Source of the DNA: Raphidiopsis brookii D9
GTDB taxonomy: Bacteria > Cyanobacteriota > Cyanobacteriia > Cyanobacteriales > Nostocaceae
Length of the DNA stretch: 32,000 nt
Assembly: GCA_000175855.1 (NCBI GenBank)
Contig: ACYB01000027.1
Location: forward strand, 1-32,000
Reading direction: 5' to 3'
In this document: positions 27,382 through 32,000 of the stretch, in pieces
Position numbering within the stretch: position 1 is the first letter of the stretch
How the letters are laid out: each line of letters starts with the position of its first letter
Program-made: the position numbers and the translations under genes
Notes under the pieces: model-generated
Database searches by the model: none
The model's input: only the letters and a program-made list of their open reading frames with translations
What the model was told of the DNA's origin: nothing

Positions 27382-29778
27382 CTAGATATCTAAATCTGTT
27401 AGATTGAGCTTAGAACCATAAGTTTCAATAAACTCCCTCCTAGGAGCAACCCGATCACCCATTAGTATGGTGAATATTCTGTCAGCTTCTGCTGCATCCT
27501 CTATTTCCACCTGTTTCAGGGTTCTGGTTTCAGGGTTCATAGTAGTAGTCCACAGTTGTTCTGGCATCATTTCGCCCAAGCCCTTAAATCGCTGAATTGT
27601 GTAATTAGCGTTTCCAGGTAAGGTACTAATGTGTTGTTGTAGTTCTCGATCACTGTAACAGTAATTATAGTTCTTCCCTCTCTCTACTTTGTACAGTGGT
27701 GGACAGGCAATGTAGATAAATCCCTGTTCAATTAGTGATCTTTGGTATCTATAGAAAAATGTCAGCAGCAAGGTACGAATATGGGCCCCATCCACATCCG
27801 CATCTGTCATGATCACCACCCGATGATACCGCAATTGTGAAGCGTCAAACTCTTCACCTTTCACCCCTAAACCTAAAGCCGTAATTAATGATTGTACCTC
27901 ATTATTTTTATAAATTTTCGCATCATCGGTTTTTTCTATATTTAAAATTTTACCCCGTAGAGGCAAAATTGCCTGAGTCCGGCGATCGCGTCCTTGCTTG
28001 GCACTATTATGGACAAAAACTCCTGCTGCTAAAGCAAAGTTATGGGTATGGGGAACTTCTAAATCATAAACATCAAATTTCTCTGGTAAACTTTCCACAC
28101 TTACCACCCGGTGGTTATAGGTGGTGACAGCACTCCGTATTACAGTGGGTATAGACTGGTCATAATAGGGCATTAAGGAATCCTGTGGAGTGAGCAAACC
28201 AGCAGCTTGGTAATTTCCATCCCGCAACATAAATAAATGGTCAGGAGTGCAAATCAAAACCTGGTCATTATCCAAAGTTACCCTAACTACCTCAGCGTTG
28301 GTTTTGGTCCTGCGGACATGAAGAATTTTTTCTATTCCCACCTCACCATTTTCCCGTATGGTATAACAATAGTTTTCTTTACCTGCTGCTTGTTCAGCTA
28401 TCAAATCTGTAAAAGTAAGATTACGCCCATCCTTTAGAGAAACTAAAGTATTGCCCACAAAACAACCACCCGCACTGTCTCCTTCCACAATAAATATTTC
28501 CGACTCAGCAGGATCGCGGGAACTGCAGTCAGCTAATTTACCAGGTAAAGGGGAAGACTCCAAAACGGATTTTCTGCGAACCAGCTCCCGTGCGTGTCTA
28601 GCTGCTTCTGCAGCTTTAAAAGCCTGGATAGCCTTATCCAAAATAGAATCCGCAATACCAGGGTGAAATTCTAAATATTCCGTCAGCACTTCTCCCACCA
28701 GAGAATCCACAATGCCACGTACTTCCGTATTACCCAACTTAGTTTTGGTTTGTCCCTCAAACTCCGGATCGGGAACCTTCACGGAAATAACTGCAGTTAA
28801 ACCTTCCCTCACATGTTCACCGCTGAGATTGGATTCATTCTCCTTAATTTTATTACGTTTGCGGGCGATAGAATTCAAAGTTCTTGTCAGAACAGTCTTC
28901 AGACCTTCTAAATGAGTACCACCATCAATAGTGCGAATATTGTTAGCAAAACCTAAAACATTATCAGTATAAGCATCTGTACACCATTGTAAAGCCACCT
29001 CTACTTGAACATTATTGCGCTCACCTTGGACGTAGATAATTTCCTCATGTAAAGCCTGCTTATCTCGATTTATGTAGGACACATACTCCTTAATTCCCCC
29101 CTTATATTCATAAGTTTCTACCTTAGGGGTATCGGTTTTGAGGAGTTCCAAACGATGATCGGTAAAACTAATTTTCACCCCCGCATTGAGATAAGCCAAT
29201 TCTCGGAGACGACCGGCCAGGGTAATATAATCAAATTCAGTGCCAGTGGTAAAAATTTGGGCATCTGGTTTAAACTTTACGGATGTGCCAGTACGGGACT
29301 GTTGGTCTGGTTCTACTTGCAATTCAGTTGTGGGTGCACCTCGTTCATAACGTTGAGTATGAACCTTATGCTCTCGCCACACCGTAATATCCACTACTTC
29401 CGATAAAGCATTAACTACGGACACACCCACACCGTGTAAACCCCCAGAAACCTTGTAACCACCGCCTCCAAATTTACCACCAGCATGGAGTACAGTTAAC
29501 ACAGTTTCCAGAGCGGACTTACCAGTTTTAGGGTGAATGTCAGTGGGAATACCTCGACCATCATCGGTAACCGTACAGGAACCATCAGCATTGAGTTCTA
29601 CATCTACATGGGTACAGTAACCCGCCAAAGCCTCATCAACAGAGTTATCAACTACCTCATAAACTAGATGGTGCAGTCCTCGCGGTCCGGTAGAGCCAAT
29701 ATACATACCCGGTCGTTTGCGGACGGCTTCCAGACCTTCCAGAACTTGAATCTGATCGGCACTGTAACTGCTCGTCAT
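27382..29778 (-). CDS. gyrB: DNA gyrase subunit B, interrupted by a 153-aa mini-intein
   Basis: GHKL ATPase motifs ([28 protein letters not shown]), the Toprim EGDSAGG / SAKQGRDR motif split by the insert, and the C-terminal QRFKGLGEM. The extein totals 645 aa. Confidence 0.97.
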   Translation of the reverse strand: MTSSYSADQIQVLEGLEAVRKRPGMYIGSTGPRGLHHLVYEVVDNSVDEALAGYCTHVDVELNADGSCTVTDDGRGIPTDIHPKTGKSALETVLTVLHAGGKFGGGGYKVSGGLHGVGVSVVNALSEVVDITVWREHKVHTQRYERGAPTTELQVEPDQQSRTGTSVKFKPDAQIFTTGTEFDYITLAGRLRELAYLNAGVKISFTDHRLELLKTDTPKVETYEYKGGIKEYVSYINRDKQALHEEIIYVQGERNNVQVEVALQWCTDAYTDNVLGFANNIRTIDGGTHLEGLKTVLTRTLNSIARKRNKIKENESNLSGEHVREGLTAVISVKVPDPEFEGQTKTKLGNTEVRGIVDSLVGEVLTEYLEFHPGIADSILDKAIQAFKAAEAARHARELVRRKSVLESSPLPGKLADCSSRDPAESEIFIVEGDSAGGCFVGNTLVSLKDGRNLTFTDLIAEQAAGKENYCYTIRENGEVGIEKILHVRRTKTNAEVVRVTLDNDQVLICTPDHLFMLRDGNYQAAGLLTPQDSLMPYYDQSIPTVIRSAVTTYNHRVVSVESLPEKFDVYDLEVPHTHNFALAAGVFVHNSAKQGRDRRTQAILPLRGKILNIEKTDDAKIYKNNEVQSLITALGLGVKGEEFDASQLRYHRVVIMTDADVDGAHIRTLLLTFFYRYQRSLIEQGFIYIACPPLYKVERGKNYNYCYSDRELQQHISTLPGNANYTIQRFKGLGEMMPEQLWTTTMNPETRTLKQVEIEDAAEADRIFTILMGDRVAPRREFIETYGSKLNLTDLDI
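28006..28464 (-). mobile_element. GyrB mini-intein (153 codons, no homing-endonuclease domain)
   Basis: It begins with Cys ([10 protein letters not shown], block A). Block B is TPDH and block F is [17 protein letters not shown]. Block G is VFVHN, followed by Ser+1. The codons were checked on the DNA: TGT at 28462-28464, AAT at 28006-28008, AGT at 28003-28005. Confidence 0.9.
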
Positions 29779-29934
29779 GAAAATTCTCCTGATTTAAAGG
29801 GCGTTAATTCGCTAAAAACATAAAAAAGTAAAATCACCCCAGAATTATAGCATTAAAGCCTTGGTGTCGTGTTTAGCACCATTTAGTGATAAACTGATAT
29901 GAGAGGGGGGGATGAGGTAAATGGGTAAATCAAG

Positions 29935-30852
29935 ATGGATCAATCAATTAGGTTAAATAGGGCTGTTAAGCTCATAGTGATTTGTGGTGCAACAGCAACG
30001 GGGAAATCCGGACTGGGGGTGAGTTTAGCACAAAGACTTGGTTGTGTCATTCTAGGTGCTGATTCCCGTCAGGTGTACCGCGAATTTAATATTGGAACAG
30101 CCAAGCCAACGGAGGAAGAACGGGGATTAGTACCCCATTATCTCATAGATATATGTGAACCAACGGAAACCTTGACAGTAGCAGATTATCAAGAACAAGC
30201 CCAACGGTTAATTGATAATTTGCCAGTTTCACCAATATTTTTAGTTGGTGGTACAGGTTTATATATTCGGGCTATTGTCCAGGGCATGAAAATTCCCAGG
30301 GTATCTCCACATCCCCAATTGCGCTCCCAACTAGAATCCTTGGGTCAACATCAACTTTATCAGATATTGCAACAGGTTGATGCAGTTGCTGCCAGAAAAA
30401 TTCACTCCCATGATTTGGTTAGGACTTTAAGGGCGTTAGAGGTGTATTATGTCACAGGTTCTCCCATATCTGAACAGCAGGGAGAGAGACCACCGACCTA
30501 CCCAATTTTACAACTTTATTTGGATTGTGAACCAGATGTTTTGGATTTGAGAATTTATGGGAGGACAAAGGAAATGATTAAAGATGGTTTAGTAGAGGAG
30601 GTAGAGTATCTATGTCAAAGATATGGTGTGAATTTACCGCTGTTGAATACCTTGGGGTATGCAGAAATTAAGCAATATTTAGCTGGGGAGATTAGTTTAG
30701 AAGCGGCAATAGATTTAATTGCTTTACACACCAGGCAATTTGCTAAGCGTCAACGAACTTGGTTTAGACAGTCTTCCAATTTAGAATATTTTGATGTTAA
30801 TAGTCCGGACTTATTAAATAGGCTTTGCAAGAGAATAGATCAGTTTATTTAA
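29935..30852 (+). CDS. miaA: tRNA dimethylallyltransferase MiaA
   Basis: P-loop GATATGKSGLG, DSRQVYREFNIGTAKP and GGTGLY, with the C-terminal TRQFAKRQRTWFR. Confidence 0.94.
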   Translation: MDQSIRLNRAVKLIVICGATATGKSGLGVSLAQRLGCVILGADSRQVYREFNIGTAKPTEEERGLVPHYLIDICEPTETLTVADYQEQAQRLIDNLPVSPIFLVGGTGLYIRAIVQGMKIPRVSPHPQLRSQLESLGQHQLYQILQQVDAVAARKIHSHDLVRTLRALEVYYVTGSPISEQQGERPPTYPILQLYLDCEPDVLDLRIYGRTKEMIKDGLVEEVEYLCQRYGVNLPLLNTLGYAEIKQYLAGEISLEAAIDLIALHTRQFAKRQRTWFRQSSNLEYFDVNSPDLLNRLCKRIDQFI

Positions 30853-30893
30853 TAAGATGATTGTTGACTGTTGATTAGTCTTTTCTCCTTCTC

Positions 30894-32000
30894 TTACTTA
30901 ATCCCATTTGGACTGAAAAAAGCTAGATTGGATTGATTGACTGTTGGCACTAAAACCCCCCTATCTAAATACTTATTCCCCCTTTCACAAGATGTTTCAG
31001 GACTGAATAAACAAGCATGACAAGCAGCCCAATGCAAAGAAGTCATACCCTGAAATGGTGTGTGTTCTGCACATAAAGGATCGGATGTACATAATTCCAT
31101 TTGCTGTAAAGCTTGGCGAATATGATAACTTAACTTCTCAGGAACGCCCAAACTGACTAATCCGCCCAAAGTTCCTTCACTGTCTGGTGATGCCGTATAA
31201 ATTAATATACCCGCCATCGGACCTTCTTCTTCTTCTGGACGTTTAGAGTAAATTCTTTCTTTTAAACTAGCTGCATTATATCCACATTCTACAGACATTT
31301 GTCGCATTAGGGCATGAGCAAAAGAGTGTAACAAAATATATCTTACATCGGAAAATTTGACTTTTGTAGGATCAAGGCTACGCACTTTACACCACTGTTG
31401 ATGAGCTTCTACGATTTCATTTTGGTAATCTTGCAATGGTTGACTTTTTTCCCATTGATTTAATTTTGCTTCATTAAATTCTATGAATATACCTTCTCCT
31501 TTACATTCAGTTGCTATTACCCATTTTGGCTGATTACGACTTAGTTTTACTTTACATTCCTGGGGGATTTCACCAAAATCTAGAAATTCTCCCGGTGATT
31601 GAATACGTGTAAACCCAATCAATGCACAAACTTCTCGTAATCTTTCAGCCAAGATAATTTGTGCAAAGTAGTCCCGATAATCTATGGGCAATTCAACTTT
31701 TCTTAGGTGGAAATCGGATGTATTTAATCCAGGGTCACATTGACGAATTACTTGCCATTCTGGAGTTTTTAAGTCTGTGGCTTTATGACTATCGGGAACA
31801 TCCAATGTTTGACTTTGTATTTGATTTTTCATTGCCGAGATTATTTCCCAGACTTTTTCTGTACTATATTTTGATAATTCTTGTAATAGTTCAGGGAAGC
31901 TACCTATGGCTCGTAGTAGTTCTAAATTACTTTTTAAACTTATAAGGTCAGTAGCCTTATTTAAAATATGCCAGTTTTGCGAAATTATTTGCGATAGTAA
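30894..32000 (-). CDS. DUF1998 (MrfA-type zinc-binding) domain protein, DrmB-like; 5'-partial, continues beyond the window
   Basis: LLHSFAHALMRQMSVECGY, GILIYTASPDSEGTLGGLV, and the Cys cluster C-x5-C...C-x2-C-x7-C (CTSDPLCAEH...AACHACLFSPETSCERGNKYLDR, nt 30987-31091). I translated 31833-32000 by hand in the same frame and found no stop, so the ATG at 31832 is internal. No helicase motif occurs in the visible 368 codons. Confidence 0.65.
   Translation of the reverse strand, partial: LLSQIISQNWHILNKATDLISLKSNLELLRAIGSFPELLQELSKYSTEKVWEIISAMKNQIQSQTLDVPDSHKATDLKTPEWQVIRQCDPGLNTSDFHLRKVELPIDYRDYFAQIILAERLREVCALIGFTRIQSPGEFLDFGEIPQECKVKLSRNQPKWVIATECKGEGIFIEFNEAKLNQWEKSQPLQDYQNEIVEAHQQWCKVRSLDPTKVKFSDVRYILLHSFAHALMRQMSVECGYNAASLKERIYSKRPEEEEGPMAGILIYTASPDSEGTLGGLVSLGVPEKLSYHIRQALQQMELCTSDPLCAEHTPFQGMTSLHWAACHACLFSPETSCERGNKYLDRGVLVPTVNQSNLAFFSPNGIK

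Noticed and set aside
28006-28464. Homing endonuclease inside the GyrB intein
   Set aside because: The insert is only 153 codons, with splicing blocks A, B, F and G nearly contiguous. There is no room for a LAGLIDADG or HNH domain and no such motifs.
29905-29911. G7 run just upstream of miaA as another frameshift hiding a longer N-terminus
   Set aside because: The miaA frame has a stop at 29926-29928, and the short ATG ORFs around the run close immediately. The ATG at 29935 gives a normal MiaA N-terminus.

Overview
AT-rich chromosomal segment of a filamentous Nostocales-type cyanobacterium. Evidence: 17 copies of the HIP1 octamer GCGATCGC, and SigA, ATP synthase beta, HU and PSRP-3 sequences of the Anabaena/Nostoc kind. 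The middle (about 11.9-30.9 kb) is ordinary housekeeping DNA: tldD, a HAD hydrolase, murG, ycf65, atpD-atpC, exbB-exbD, sppA, aroH, HU, cobD, a degenerate flavoprotein, sigA, an intein-containing gyrB and miaA. Both ends look accessory and defence-like. The left end (1-7005) holds a DUF3782/PD-(D/E)XK-like coiled-coil gene with a 54-bp tandem repeat and a stranded N-terminal fragment of a paralogue. Next comes a minus-strand two-gene module. Its first gene is an adenine-methylase/type-ISP-specificity gene whose whole catalytic core is missing; only the N-terminal 226 codons and the C-terminal ~380 codons remain, in different frames. Its second gene is an intact 1413-aa HKD(PLD) nuclease - Ig-like - SNF2 helicase fusion. 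At the right end (30894 to beyond 32000) a DUF1998 four-cysteine, DrmB-like gene runs off the window. Together these give most of the domain list of a class-1 DISARM-like or split type-ISP-like system, but the parts lie 24 kb apart and the methylase is gutted. Five more reading-frame breaks all sit at homopolymer runs and all fall in accessory genes: the DUF3782 gene, a GH13 gene (twice), a small ORF and a secreted NTF2-like protein. This suggests real gene erosion or, less likely, homopolymer assembly errors. I recognised no rRNA, tRNA, CRISPR array, transposase or integrase. All family assignments come from motif reading and memory, not from database searches.
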